Below, one piece after another: positions 1-11,484 of a stretch of DNA of 20,000 nt. Position 1 is the stretch's first letter; every line of letters begins with the position of its first letter. The position numbers and the translations under genes are program-made. The notes beneath the pieces are model-generated. The model saw nothing but the letters and a program-made list of their open reading frames with translations, ran no database searches and was not told the DNA's origin. This stretch comes from Neovahlkampfia damariscottae (lineage: Eukaryota), in assembly GCA_016618085.1 (NCBI GenBank), contig JABLTG010000003.1, forward strand, positions 306,085-326,084. The letters run 5' to 3'.

Positions 1-3000
1 GAAGATTTTGTTCAAGGCTGAAACTCCAACTTTGACCTTGAATCATATTGATATTCTTCAATTGTCAAGAATTTCCAAAAATGTTGTTCAAAATATAAAA
101 TTCCCAGATTCAAATCCTCCAAATGTTGGAAATGGAGTGATCTTCAAAATTGATATTTCTGATTATACAAATGACATCACTATTAATGATGCAAAATTAA
201 TACTCTATTTTCAAAATATCATCAGTCCAAATGTGATAAAAGGAATTGAAGTAATTAAACCAAAGGTGGAAATTGGGAAAGAAACTATTGTTCAAATTGA
301 AAAGGTTCAAGTTCAAAATGTTATTCAAAAAAGTAGCTCATTTAAATCAATGAATCAAGCATTCAATCCAAATTTGAAGTATGAAGAGGTTTCTTTTGAT
401 TCATCTTTGATTCATGTTACAATTCAAACTCCAGAAGTTGTCTTTGCTCATGACACAAATCTAGGAATGAATTCTGATAAATTAGGAATGGGAATAAAAG
501 GATTGACGAATATTATTCAAAGAGAATGGAAAGACACGATATTTGTGACAAATTTCAATAGCACATCCAACACTATGGAACTTCCAATGACCAAATTGTC
601 ATTGTTTGATGTAAAATTGGATTTTGATGATAATCCTATTGAAAAAAGTTTAGCCATTCATTTACAAATTTGGGAAGAAGAATACGTAACTTTGATTATT
701 TTTTAATGAAAACTTTTAGTCACAAAGAGTCGAATTAGAGCAGATATTGATGAACAAAACTCAAGATATGAATATGAGTCAAAAGGAACTTGAAAAAATT
801 TATCAAAAACTTTCATTTCAAAGGTCCCAAGTGTAAGATTCTATTTTTGGTTAATTCATTCCTTTAGTTATCAAACCAAGATTTCACAGTTCAAGAAAAC
901 AAATGTTCGACCAACAGGTTTAATGTCAATAAGATTAGAACATGGAGAAGTTTTACTCTTTCAAAAGGATTGTTTGAAAACAGAAAAAGATTTAATGGCT
1001 TCAATCAATGAATATAGTACTGCTCCTTTGGTGAAAGATGGTAATGAGTTCAAAAAATTTGAAACAATTTTTGGAACAACAATTAATGGAAAATTTTACA
1101 ATGCCTTTATATTTTTGAGAAATTTCCCTGATCCATTTTTAAAGGTAAAGGAAGTCTCAAGTGAAGGAAATGTTTGTTTTGCTCAATATCCAAGCAAAGA
1201 AGAAACAACGATTATCAGGAAAATAATAATTGAAAATGATGAAGAAATTGAAATAGCATTTTCTATAGAACCATTTTATATGTATTACAAAGCACATGCA
1301 AATGCTAAATTCGTTGAAATGGTTGTTGGAACTCCAATGGATCCTGTTTTTGAAGATTTAAGTATTCTAACAAGAAGAATGTCTCCAACACCACTTGATC
1401 CAAGTGAAGAGTTAGAATGGTGGGATTGGGCAAGATTACACATGCATGGAAATTATGAAGCTTGTGTTTCTGAAGTAATTGTTCGTTTAATATTTGGATT
1501 GAACTGTTATGATCCTGTTGATTATGCTGAAGGAAGAATCAGATATGTGAATGGAACAGGATTTGCATCAAAGTATGAATTCACAATGCATGATTTATTT
1601 GTCCATCAGAATCCAAGTTTATCTTCATTTCCTTCAATCACTGAATTTCCTTATGTAGCCATCATTTTAAGATACGACTGGGTTTGTAAACAAGATCCTT
1701 TTGAACATTATTTTGACATTAAACTACCAAAAGAATTCAGGACAGAAGAGGGAATCAAAAAATATAAAGATGAAATTATTTATGATTCATATGAGACTTG
1801 GAGATCTTCTCATGTTGATTGTGTATTTGAATGTATCATTGGAAATGAATCTACTGATTTTTGTAATAATTCTGAATCTTCAATAATGTTTGATCCTTTA
1901 TCGACAGGCTGGATGGTTAAATTAATCAAATTCATGGATAATCCTCCTTTACAACTTCATTTAGGTAAATCATATAAATATATGCTACCAAGGAGAAAAC
2001 AATATGATGTCATTGATATTTCAAAATCATTTCAACTTCACTTTGTTGTGAGAAATTTGAATATATTGTTTTCCAATGGTTTGGAAGATAATAATTTGGT
2101 TAATCTTAAAATTGGATATTTAAAATTATTCATTTATCTGTGGAGAGAAAATCTACCTGATCAAAATTTGTTAAAAATGACAAGAAAGAAGGAAGAACAT
2201 CTCCCAATAAATATGAACTGTCATTTGAAAGATATTGAAGTTTCAGTTAATAATTATTCATTAGATGATAAATTTGATCTTTCAACTGAACATCAAACAG
2301 GTAAAGAAGTTATTGTTTCTGTTGGAGATGTAAGTTATTATATGGACTCTTCCAAAGATATTATTTTGGAACCATTTGTTAAAGGAAATGAAAAAGTGTT
2401 CATTAAACAAATTACACCTGGATTTGAGCATCAATTATTAATCAAAGATGTAAATATAATTTGGTCAGCAATTATAAGAGATGCAGTTATGATTTGGATT
2501 GATGTTGCCCAACAATTTGCATTTGATGAATTAGAAGTTGCTCAAAGATTGACATTAACAAAAATTAAACAAAAAACGAAATCAGAAGAAATTGAAAATT
2601 CATCAAATAAAAAAGAAGAGTGTAAATCACAAGAAGAACTATTGAACCATTTAATTTCTGGAAATCCTTCTGAACCAAAAATTGCTGAATCAAAAGAAGT
2701 AGTTTTACCATTTTTTTCAGTCAAAATGATGAATGTAACAGGCATGCTAATCCCAGAAGATTCAGATGAATCGATGATTTTAAAATCAAATTCAGGAACT
2801 GTAGAAGTGAATAAAATAACTGATAGCTCTCATGAAACACCAATAGAATCACATGAAATTCAAGCATTAATCAAAAACATGACTGGAACTTTTAAAGATA
2901 CAAAGAAATTAGATTTAGATAATTTTGTGATTATTCAACAACCAATTAATGATTTGCCAATTGTGATGGAAGAATCTGATTGGATTGTTCGATTTATAAT

Positions 3001-4756
3001 GGTTCAAGATCCAAAATATTATTCAAAAACTAAAAAACCACAAAAACAACTTCATATTGAAGTCCCTGATTTAAAAGTACTTTTCTCATCTTCACAACTC
3101 CAAACATTAATTGATATCATCACAAACACATTAGTCCCTAAAAAACTTGAAAGAACAGTGACATTACAAGATAGATTTGCTACAATCATGTTCAATTCAA
3201 AATTAGATCCAGATTCCTTAGGAAATTGTGGTTCAGTAATAAACAAATGTGAAACTATTAGAAAGAAAATAAGAGGACTTGAATCACAATTGAATCTATT
3301 AAGAAGAGAAGCATCTGTCAAGATTTCTTCTGAAATAGTTTCATCTATGGATAAAATTGAAATAGAACTTAAAGAACAAAAAGCATTATACCATGGAATG
3401 AATAAAACATTACAAAAGAATGTAAATCAATTATTATCAAAACAAGAAGAAGAATCTATTGTTGATATGATTATCAATATCACATTACATTCATTGAGTT
3501 ATGAAATGATTGATAAAAATGGAAAATCATTCGTTGAATTTATCTTTCAATTGTTCAAAGGTTCAATCACCAAAAACAAAGATTATTCAATTTTTCATAA
3601 TTACACATTACATCAAATCATTGGTAAAAACAAACTACCAAATCCAATTTATCAAGATTTGTTAATGCCTTACATTGATTCTGATCATGATATAATTGAA
3701 GAGAATGATTATATGGTAAGAGTACTCGCTAATACATCCAAACCTGTTGCTGGAATCAAAGGGTATGATCATTTAGAAATTGATTTATCACCATTACATC
3801 TACAAACAACTTTTGAATTCAATCAAAAGTTATGGAGTTATCTGTTTCCTCTTTCAAAACAAGAAAAACAAGAACAAACTTTAATTTCAACTTCAATTAC
3901 ACCATCAACATCTACACAAATTTCATTAGAAAGAAGACAATCTACTACTGTTGATGAAGTTGCTCAGCAAACTTTAAATCAAATGAATAGATCATCAACA
4001 TTATTGAAGTCAATTCATCATAAAAAAACATCATCTGATCAAGAAACGAAAAGAGGATCATCCATTTTTCAAAATAGAAATGATTCATTATCTGATATTG
4101 ATGAAATGAAACATAGAGCAAAAACTGTTAAAGTTTTTAATTACATTAGAATGCAAGAAGTTCAATTATTTGTTTCTTTAATGGGTGTTCCAGATTCAGA
4201 ATCTCAAATTTCAAAATATGTAAGAAATTTTGAAAAAGTTAAAATTCACATTAAACCTATTACATATAATCAAGTTGTGTTAACTTGGCAAGATTTTTTT
4301 GAAACATTAAAATATGATATTATCAAACAATCAGTTTCATTTATTGTTCCTGAAACTGTCAAAAGTGTAACTAAATCAAAAATCACTGGAATAGCAAATA
4401 TTTTAAATCCATTTTCTAAAATTTCATCAAGTGGGAATAATGTGTCTACATCAACATCTAGTGATTCAAATGAGAATAAAATTTCAAGAACCAAAAAAAT
4501 ACAAACTCAAATTTCAAAATCAAAAACTGTAGATTCAGCCAAAGATGCAAAATTGAAGATTTTGTTTGGTGGAAAAAAGGATAATTCTTCATCTATTTTC
4601 GATTCAAGAAAACAATTATTTGGTTCAAAATCAGTGAATAAAACTCCATCTGAATTTGATGAAAAAATAATCAATGAAGAAGAAATTGATATTGAAGAAG
4701 AAGAAATTTCAAAAGATTCCTATTCAGAGCTGTTTAATTCATTACAAAAAAAATAA
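1..4756 (+). CDS. BLTP2: Bridge-like lipid transfer protein 2 (BLTP2/KIAA0100/Hobbit/FMP27/SABRE family), 5'-truncated; exons <1-685, 720-832, 868-4756
   Basis: ORFs 8..706 and 923..4756 join in frame through GT-AG introns 686-719 (34 nt) and 833-867 (35 nt), reading ...WEEEY|SQRVELEQIL...RSQV|YQTKISQFKK...GLMSIRL. Motifs SPTPLDPSEELEWWDWARLHMHG (FMP27 'WWD' region) and DIDEMKHRAKTVKVFNYIRMQEVQLFVSLMG...TWQDFFETLKYD (Apt1-type C-terminus) are typical of the family. Confidence 0.88.
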
Positions 4757-4760
4757 AAAT

Positions 4761-5947
4761 TTAATCTTCATCTTCTTCAACTCTTGATGAGATAATTTGT
4801 TTGTTTTCTTCAATTGGATCAATGTATTTCCATTTCCATAAGAATCCACACTCTGATGCACAAATAATTGATTCATTTGAAATTTTACAATCATTAATTG
4901 GCAATTCAGATTTTTCTTGATTTAATTCATGAAATAACTCAAAATTTTGATTTTCATCAAATTTATAAATTGATAAATTACCCTTTAAAAATGTATCAGA
5001 TTTCCATGTTTTTTTTTTTTTACTCTTTGATTTCCAACCAACAAATAATAGTTGTTTTTTTCATTTTCATTTTTGAATGATTTCAAATCAAAATTACCAA
5101 TTTCGTCATCAATTTTTTTAAATTCTTCAAATTGTCCATTTTCTAATTTCCCAACTATAATCTCATTTTCATTTTTCAACAATAAAATATCATTCAATTT
5201 TAAGATTGATTGGATGGATAATTTTGAGTCATAAATAATGAATGATTCATCTTCAAGTTTGGATTCTTTTTCATTGAAATTCCAAATTCTTAATTTACCA
5301 TTCGAATGTCCTGAAAATAATGATCCATTTTCATAAAACTATGTTTGAGAAAAAATTTTTAGTACAATTGATTTGCATCCTTGTGTTTCAATAGTTTGAA
5401 CTAAACTATGATTTTTTGTATTGAAAACTTTAATTTGATTCAAAGAAGAAGAAAATAAAAACTCTTCAAAACCTACAATTTGATGAACTTTATCATGAGC
5501 TGATGATGAAAAAAAAATAATTTTTCTTACGATAAACAGCAATAACTCTTGAATCGATAATTGATAAAATTTGAATTAAACCTTTGTTTTTAGATATAAT
5601 TTCATTTACCATCTTGAGTTGAACCTGCTAAATATTTTTCACTGACCCACGAAAGAGAATTAAATTTCTGACAGGTTTGTGTTAAATTTTTTTTTTTTTT
5701 TTTTTACGCTTCCTTTTGATATGTTTGTTTTTATATTCACAAAATGAGATATTAAATCTAAATGTGATCCAATGTGTTCATTATCATAGATGTTTATTTG
5801 ATTAGAACCTATTGTTGATATTAAATTTTGATGTTTTGGATGAATTTCGATTTTTATAATGTCCTGTTTGTGATTTTCTTTTATAACTTTTTTCAATTTT
5901 AAACTCTTTAAAGTTGTTTCAAATTGTTCACTTGTTGTTTTGGTCAT
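4761..5947 (-). CDS. WD40-repeat protein, EED/ESC/FIE- or LRWD1-like, ~339 aa; exons 5947-5708, 5667-5610, 5581-5531, 5499-5366, 5338-5024, 4982-4761
   Basis: Five GT-AG introns (40, 28, 31, 27 and 41 nt) give a continuous 1020-nt frame. KVIKENHKQDI...NLISTIGSNQINIYD, KFNSLSWVSEKYLAGSTQDGLIQIL, LFSGHSNGKLRIWNF and IICASECGFLWKW look like WD40 blades. The N-terminus resembles the EED 'KEDH...FATVG.N.V..Y' pattern. Confidence 0.7.
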
Positions 5948-6115
5948 TTTGACTTGTCCAATTGAATTCAAGGAAACTTTGGAATAGAATTTTATCATTT
6001 ATTACTTATTTAAAGAAAGATTTTCAAAGAGATCAATTTCAAATTTGAAATTGGTTTAGTTTAATTGACCAATTATTTTTCCGGAACATACAAAAACAAC
6101 TTGTAGATAAAAGAG
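5948..6115. promoter_or_regulatory. Bidirectional promoter region (WD40 gene/SBDS) with CCAAT boxes
   Basis: CCAAT at 5958-5962 and 6069-6073, ATTGG at 6050-6054, between divergent ATGs. Confidence 0.55.
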
Positions 6116-7206
6116 ATGAGTAAAAACATTCAAACACCTGTAAATCAACAAAGAACCACAAATATTGTCGTAGTAAGGCTAAAAAAAGCTGGTATTAGAT
6201 TCGAAATCGCTTGCTATCCAAACAAAGTAAACAAAAAAAAAAAATTAAAACTGTCTCTTAGGTTATGCAATACAGACAAAATATTGAAACCGAATTAAGT
6301 GAAGTATTACAAACAGAATCTGTTTTTTATAATGTTTCTAAAGGAACTTTTGCAAAAAAAGAAGATTTAAAAACAGCATTTGGTAGTTTGACAGACAAAG
6401 AAATTTGTGAGTTGATTATAAAGAAAGGAGAATTACAAATTTCTCCAAAGGAACGTCAACTGGTTTATGATAGTCTATATAAAGATATATCAACAATAGT
6501 TGTCAATAAATGTATCAATCCAGACACAAAAACACCATACACAGCAACACAAATTGAAAGAGAAATGAAAGACATGAATTTTAAAGTAAACCCAAATAAA
6601 TCAGCAAAAGTTCAAGCATTAGATTTGATAAAAAAATTGAAAGATAGAATTAACATTGAAAGAGCCAACATGAGAATTGAAGTGAACACTAAAAAACAAA
6701 GTGAAAAAATGTTAAAAAAATTTTTTGAAGAAAATCAAATATCAATTGAAAAAAAAGAAGAAGAACTTGAATTACAAAGTTATTTAGTATTAATAGACCC
6801 TGGTGTTTTCAGAGATTTAGATAAATTTGTCACTTCAGTTTTAGGTGGTAAAGTAAACATTCAAGATTCATGTGTCACAAAAATTGGTGACATTCAAATT
6901 GATAAAGTTGATATGAAAGAAAATGATAAAACAGATGATAAAATTCAAGAAGAAGAAGAAGAAGAAGAAGATTCAAAAAAAAGCAAAAAAAAAAAAGAAA
7001 CAAAAATTCAAGAAAAAAAAAATTCATCAGACGAAGAATTAGCAGAACTTGAAAAATTAAGCAAAAAGAAGAAAAAAAAGAAAAACAAAAAAGAAATTCA
7101 ATATCAAGACGAAGAAGAAAAAGAATTAGTTGAACTTCCAAAATTCTCAGATTCTGATGAAGAAGATGGAAAAAGAAGAAAAAAAAAAGGAAAGAAAAAA
7201 AAATAA
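6116..7206 (+). CDS. SBDS: Ribosome maturation factor SBDS/Sdo1, ~351 aa; exons 6116-6226, 6262-7206
   Basis: Hallmark sequence [32 protein letters not shown], then [45 protein letters not shown] and IERANMR. A 35-nt intron at 6227-6261 joins the two ORFs in frame. There is a K/E-rich C-terminal extension. Confidence 0.96.
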
Positions 7207-7209
7207 AAA

Positions 7210-8525
7210 TTATTTAGTAGGATAATATTCTTTTTGTTTTTTCATAAATAGACAATCTGCAATGAATGTTGCTAAGCCACATGCACAATATCCAAAACAG
7301 AAACAGCAACCTATTAAAGCTATAAGTACATCAGGTATTCCTAAAGCTAAACCATATTCAATTGGAGTAATATTTCCAACAGTAGCAGTTATATTCTGTG
7401 GAAAAACTAAATAAAAGAAGTTACAAAAATAAAGTCAAACCAACTCTATCAATGGTAGGACTAAATTGTTAAAAAAAAATAATATTTGATAACTTACGCT
7501 GCTCCATAAGCAAATAGATACACCAAAGTTAAAATGGAAACTGAAATGATAAACTAAAAAAAATTATGTAAATAAGAATTTCTTTTTTTTCAAACTGCAA
7601 CAGAGGAACCAATTCCAATTTTTGGAACATTAAAAGTACCTAAAACAATAGCTCCTATAAACATTGTTGGTAAAGTCAACAACATAAAAAATGCTTGAGC
7701 ATATGGAGAGATAAACCTGAATCCTTGAATAAAAAAAAGAGCAAGAACACCAAAGCATGCCAATAAACAACATATACTCAGACAAACAAGTCCACTTGCC
7801 AATATTATTCTTGTTAAAATACCTGTCCATGGTTGAGGCTTCTCAGTTCTTACTGTTTGACCTTGTGTAACTGTTGGTCTATATTGAGGTTGAGTTGGTT
7901 GGAATTGAGTTCCTTGAGATGTATTATTGCTAGAATTTGTGTTATTTGTTGTTGTTGTTGTAGTTGTAGTTGTCATAAATTGGTGATTCATTTTACTTCC
8001 ATCAGAAAAACCTTGATTCACAGGCATAAACTGTTGTTGTTGATTCACAGGCATAAACTGTGGTCGTTCAGCAACTGGCATAAACTGTGGTTGTTGTTGT
8101 TGTTGATTTATAGGCATAAACTGAGGTTGTTGATTTATAGGCATAAACTGAGGTTGTTGATTTACAGGCACGAACTGAGGTTGATTAAATTGTGGTGGTT
8201 GATCATATCCAAATGATGAACTTTGTTGTTGATTACCAAACGAACCTTGATTTTGAACTGTTCCAAATGAATTTTGAGTTTGTTGTTGATCATATCCAAA
8301 TGAACCTTGGTTCTGTTGTTGTTGTTTAAAATCGGGCATTTGCATATTATCTTGTGGATAAACAAATTGGTCATTATTTGAACTCTCTGAATACGACACT
8401 GGAATTGGTAAACTATTAACTGAAGGATAATCACCACCAACACCTTCTGGCATCATTGGATCACTTTGATAATACATATTATTGTTTGGAAGAGTAAAGT
8501 CATCATTTACTCCATCACGGCTCAT
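7210..8525 (-). CDS. Uncharacterised membrane protein, ~400 aa: Q/P/F-rich low-complexity N-terminus and ~4 C-terminal TM helices; exons 8525-7596, 7553-7498, 7460-7441, 7406-7210
   Basis: ORF 7590..8531 extends through introns 7595-7554 (42 nt), 7497-7461 (37 nt) and 7440-7407 (34 nt) to ...FIADCLFMKKQKEYYPTK*. The total of 1203 nt is in frame. It has hydrophobic, Cys-rich segments. Confidence 0.75.
8012..8186 (-). repeat. Coding tandem repeat (~24-36 bp units) encoding (P)QFMP(V/I)NQQ, about 6 copies
   Basis: Recurrent + strand unit GGCATAAACTG(A/T)GGTTGTTGATT; the repeat is also visible in the translation. Confidence 0.85.
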
Positions 8526-8588
8526 CTTCAAGTTTGTTTGACTTAAAAAAGTATCTGATTGGATGATTAACCAACAATAAACAGTTTT

Positions 8589-10370
8589 TTATTTTCTCAT
8601 TATTGATACTTGAGGTTTTGATTTTTCTTTTAAATTTTCAATTTCTTTGTCAATTTCAGTTTCTTTTCCATCACCAAATCCAAATTTCTTCTTCAATGAA
8701 GAAACCACTTCATTAAGAGGAATCACTTTGTCAGCAACTTTTTTAATACCATTTAACAAACCAGTTTTTAATTTTTCTGGTATCATATTTTTTTTGACAT
8801 CTTCTTTGGTAGCTTCAAATTCTTGAATCACTTTTTTTTCACATTCAATTAATTGAGAATACATTTCGCTATGTTCTTTCCAAAATTCAACATTTTCACC
8901 AGAATAATATACTCTTCCATCAATTTGTTCCCCAATGACTGATTCTTCAAATAGTTCATTCCTTTTGTTTTCAATTTCATTTTCATTGGATTTGATTTCA
9001 TTGGTGATTGATAATAGATTTGTTGATTCTTTCTTCATTTGAGATTCAATATTCACTAATATTTCATTATTTTTTGAAACATCATTTTCTGATTCTTCAA
9101 TTTTTTTATCAAGAGAATGAATATCAATTGAGTCTTTCATGTTATTCAATTCATTCACATTCTTATCAAAATATGATTTTTCTTCATTTAATAAATGACA
9201 ATTTTGAGTTTCTGATTCAAGCTTAATTTCTAAATTCTTTCTTTTTTGAAGATTAATTTCAATTGAATTTTCAATATTTCTCAATGACAAATTTTCACTT
9301 TCCAAATTTTTCGAAAGCGTTTCTTGCTCTTTGCGTATCTCTTTGAGTTGAAAATCTTCATTTTTTAATTCTCTTTCATGAGATAATTGATTTCTTAAAC
9401 ATTCGTTTGATGATTCTTTATAACTTGATAATTTATTTTCCAAACTATTAATTCGATTTTGCACAACATCTCTTTCATTTTCTCTTGAAATATTGATATT
9501 TTTAGAAATCCATAAAACGGAATGAGTTACTTTATAATCTTTCATTGAACTCATTTCAGATCTAAGCTTTTTTATTTCTTCAACAATATCATTGATCAAC
9601 TGCTTTAACACATTTTGTTTTTCTTTAAATTTCATAATTTCAATTTTGCTCTTTGAAATAATTTCCAATTTTTCTTGAATTTCTATGTCAATATTATCCA
9701 AATGACTTTGCATTGATTCTATTTTTTGACTAATTTCATTTCTTTTTTTTGTCAAAATTTCAAATTCGGTTATTGAAAGCTGAAGTTGTAAATTGACTTT
9801 TGAAATGACTCTTTGAAGAGATGAAATTTGAGATTTGATTTTTTCGAGTTCAAGGAGTCTATTTTGCATTTTTGAGTCAATATTTTTTATGAACACTTCA
9901 AGTTGTTTCTTTTCTTTGATCAATGAATTTTGTTGAATTTTCAACTTTTCGACTGTAGTTTGTTTTTCAACAAATTGAATTTTTAATTGATTTTTGTTCT
10001 CTTTCAATTGATTCATTACATTATTTAACTTCTTTTTTTCATCCATTTTCTTTAATAGCTTTTGTTGAATTTCATTTTTTTCTTGTTGTTTTTTTTTGAT
10101 TTTTTGTTTTTGAATTTCAAGTTTTTGTTCATTTTTCTCTTTTTCTTGTTGATGTTCAGTAATTTTTGTTTCTGAATTTTCTTTTTCTTTTTTATTCTTT
10201 TCTAAAGTAATTTGAACTTCTGCAAGTTTTTCTTGAATTTCTTTGGTGATGTGATCTGTTGAAAGGAGATTATTAACAGCTGAGTTTAAAGCATTCATTC
10301 CTTTATCCTTTAAGATTGGAACAAGTTCTGAAATCATTGTCCCTCCTGCTTGGGCGAATAAGACTTGCAT
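8589..10370 (-). CDS. Long coiled-coil protein of unknown function, 593 aa, intronless
   Basis: Uninterrupted ORF with K/E/Q/L heptad character. An ATTGG (CCAAT) box lies at 10391-10395, just upstream of the ATG. Confidence 0.8.
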   Translation of the reverse strand: MQVLFAQAGGTMISELVPILKDKGMNALNSAVNNLLSTDHITKEIQEKLAEVQITLEKNKKEKENSETKITEHQQEKEKNEQKLEIQKQKIKKKQQEKNEIQQKLLKKMDEKKKLNNVMNQLKENKNQLKIQFVEKQTTVEKLKIQQNSLIKEKKQLEVFIKNIDSKMQNRLLELEKIKSQISSLQRVISKVNLQLQLSITEFEILTKKRNEISQKIESMQSHLDNIDIEIQEKLEIISKSKIEIMKFKEKQNVLKQLINDIVEEIKKLRSEMSSMKDYKVTHSVLWISKNINISRENERDVVQNRINSLENKLSSYKESSNECLRNQLSHERELKNEDFQLKEIRKEQETLSKNLESENLSLRNIENSIEINLQKRKNLEIKLESETQNCHLLNEEKSYFDKNVNELNNMKDSIDIHSLDKKIEESENDVSKNNEILVNIESQMKKESTNLLSITNEIKSNENEIENKRNELFEESVIGEQIDGRVYYSGENVEFWKEHSEMYSQLIECEKKVIQEFEATKEDVKKNMIPEKLKTGLLNGIKKVADKVIPLNEVVSSLKKKFGFGDGKETEIDKEIENLKEKSKPQVSIMRK

Positions 10371-10596
10371 CGTTCTGTGGTTGTTTTTTGATTGGTCATT
10401 TGAAATTTATAAATAACAAATTTTCGAAATTTCAAAATATTATTAGCAACTTCAAAGGAAATAATTCTTCTAGATCCAAAACTTCATAATTTCTTTCAAA
10501 TATTTGGAAGCAACATTTTTGATTCTTCAAAACCCAATTTTGAAAACATGAACATTTAATTTCATTTATCGAAAGAATTTTATTTCTAATTTTAAT

Positions 10597-11265
10597 TTAA
10601 AAATCATCTTCTGGCATTGGAATTGAGCAATATAATTGTTCATCAAATAATTTGATCTTTTCACTGATTTCAGAATCTTCAATTTCAATTTCTTCATCAG
10701 CTGAAAATTCAAAATAAAGTTGTTGATCATTTAACAATTTTCTTGCAATATTCAACAAAGGTTCATAAATATTTGCCTGTGATTTTACTGAAATGGTGAA
10801 ATAAGGAATATTCTTTTTTGCAGGGAAGACCATTTGTTTTGATTTAATTTTAGTTTCATTTTCCATATCAAATTTATTTCCACACATGACAATTGGGATA
10901 TCATTGCAAACTCTAGTGATATCACGATACCAATTTGGTGTATTTTTGTATGTACATCTTGATGTCAAGTCAAACATGATGATAGCTGCATCAGATTCAA
11001 AGTAGTACCCGTCTCTTAAATATCCAAATTTTTCACTACCTGCAGGATTCCAGATGTTGAAGCAAATAGTTCCTCCTTTGTTTGTTTTGAAAATTATTTT
11101 GTGAACTTCGGTGGTTATTGTTGAGATGTATTTCTTTTCAAATTCGTTTTTAAATAGTTGTTTGATGTATGAAGTTTTTCCAACACCAGCATCACCAGTT
11201 AGAATAATTTTGAATGTTGGAATGTCTTTTTGTTCTTTTTTTTCTGAAAATGTATCTTTTATCAT
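10597..11265 (-). CDS. Ran-family small GTPase, divergent paralog, 222 aa
   Basis: G1 GDAGVGKT; Ran-specific segments EFEKKY, EKFGYLRDGYY, AIIMFDLTSR.TYKN.PNW.RD..RVC.DIPIV.CGNK.D and ARKL; acidic PMPEDDF tail; no CAAX motif. The G3 motif is altered to NPAGS. Confidence 0.9.
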   Translation of the reverse strand: MIKDTFSEKKEQKDIPTFKIILTGDAGVGKTSYIKQLFKNEFEKKYISTITTEVHKIIFKTNKGGTICFNIWNPAGSEKFGYLRDGYYFESDAAIIMFDLTSRCTYKNTPNWYRDITRVCNDIPIVMCGNKFDMENETKIKSKQMVFPAKKNIPYFTISVKSQANIYEPLLNIARKLLNDQQLYFEFSADEEIEIEDSEISEKIKLFDEQLYCSIPMPEDDF

Positions 11266-11484
11266 TATCTGTTATTGAACTAAAATTGAAAAATACTTTA
11301 ATTTAAAGGTGTCATGGAGGAAGATGCAAAGGAAAAGGTAAACTTTGATGATTGGTTATTTTTTTCACCAATAATTTTAATTCTGTTTTTAATCTCAGTG
11401 ATTTTTTGAGAAAAACCAAAAATACGATTTTTATTATTCCAACATTTTCGACCAATCATCATTTTCCAAACTAAAAAAAAAACA
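11266..11484. promoter_or_regulatory. Bidirectional promoter region (Ran-like gene/QCR9-like gene) with CCAAT boxes
   Basis: GATTGGTT (ATTGG 11351-11355) and GACCAATCA (CCAAT 11452-11456). Confidence 0.55.
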
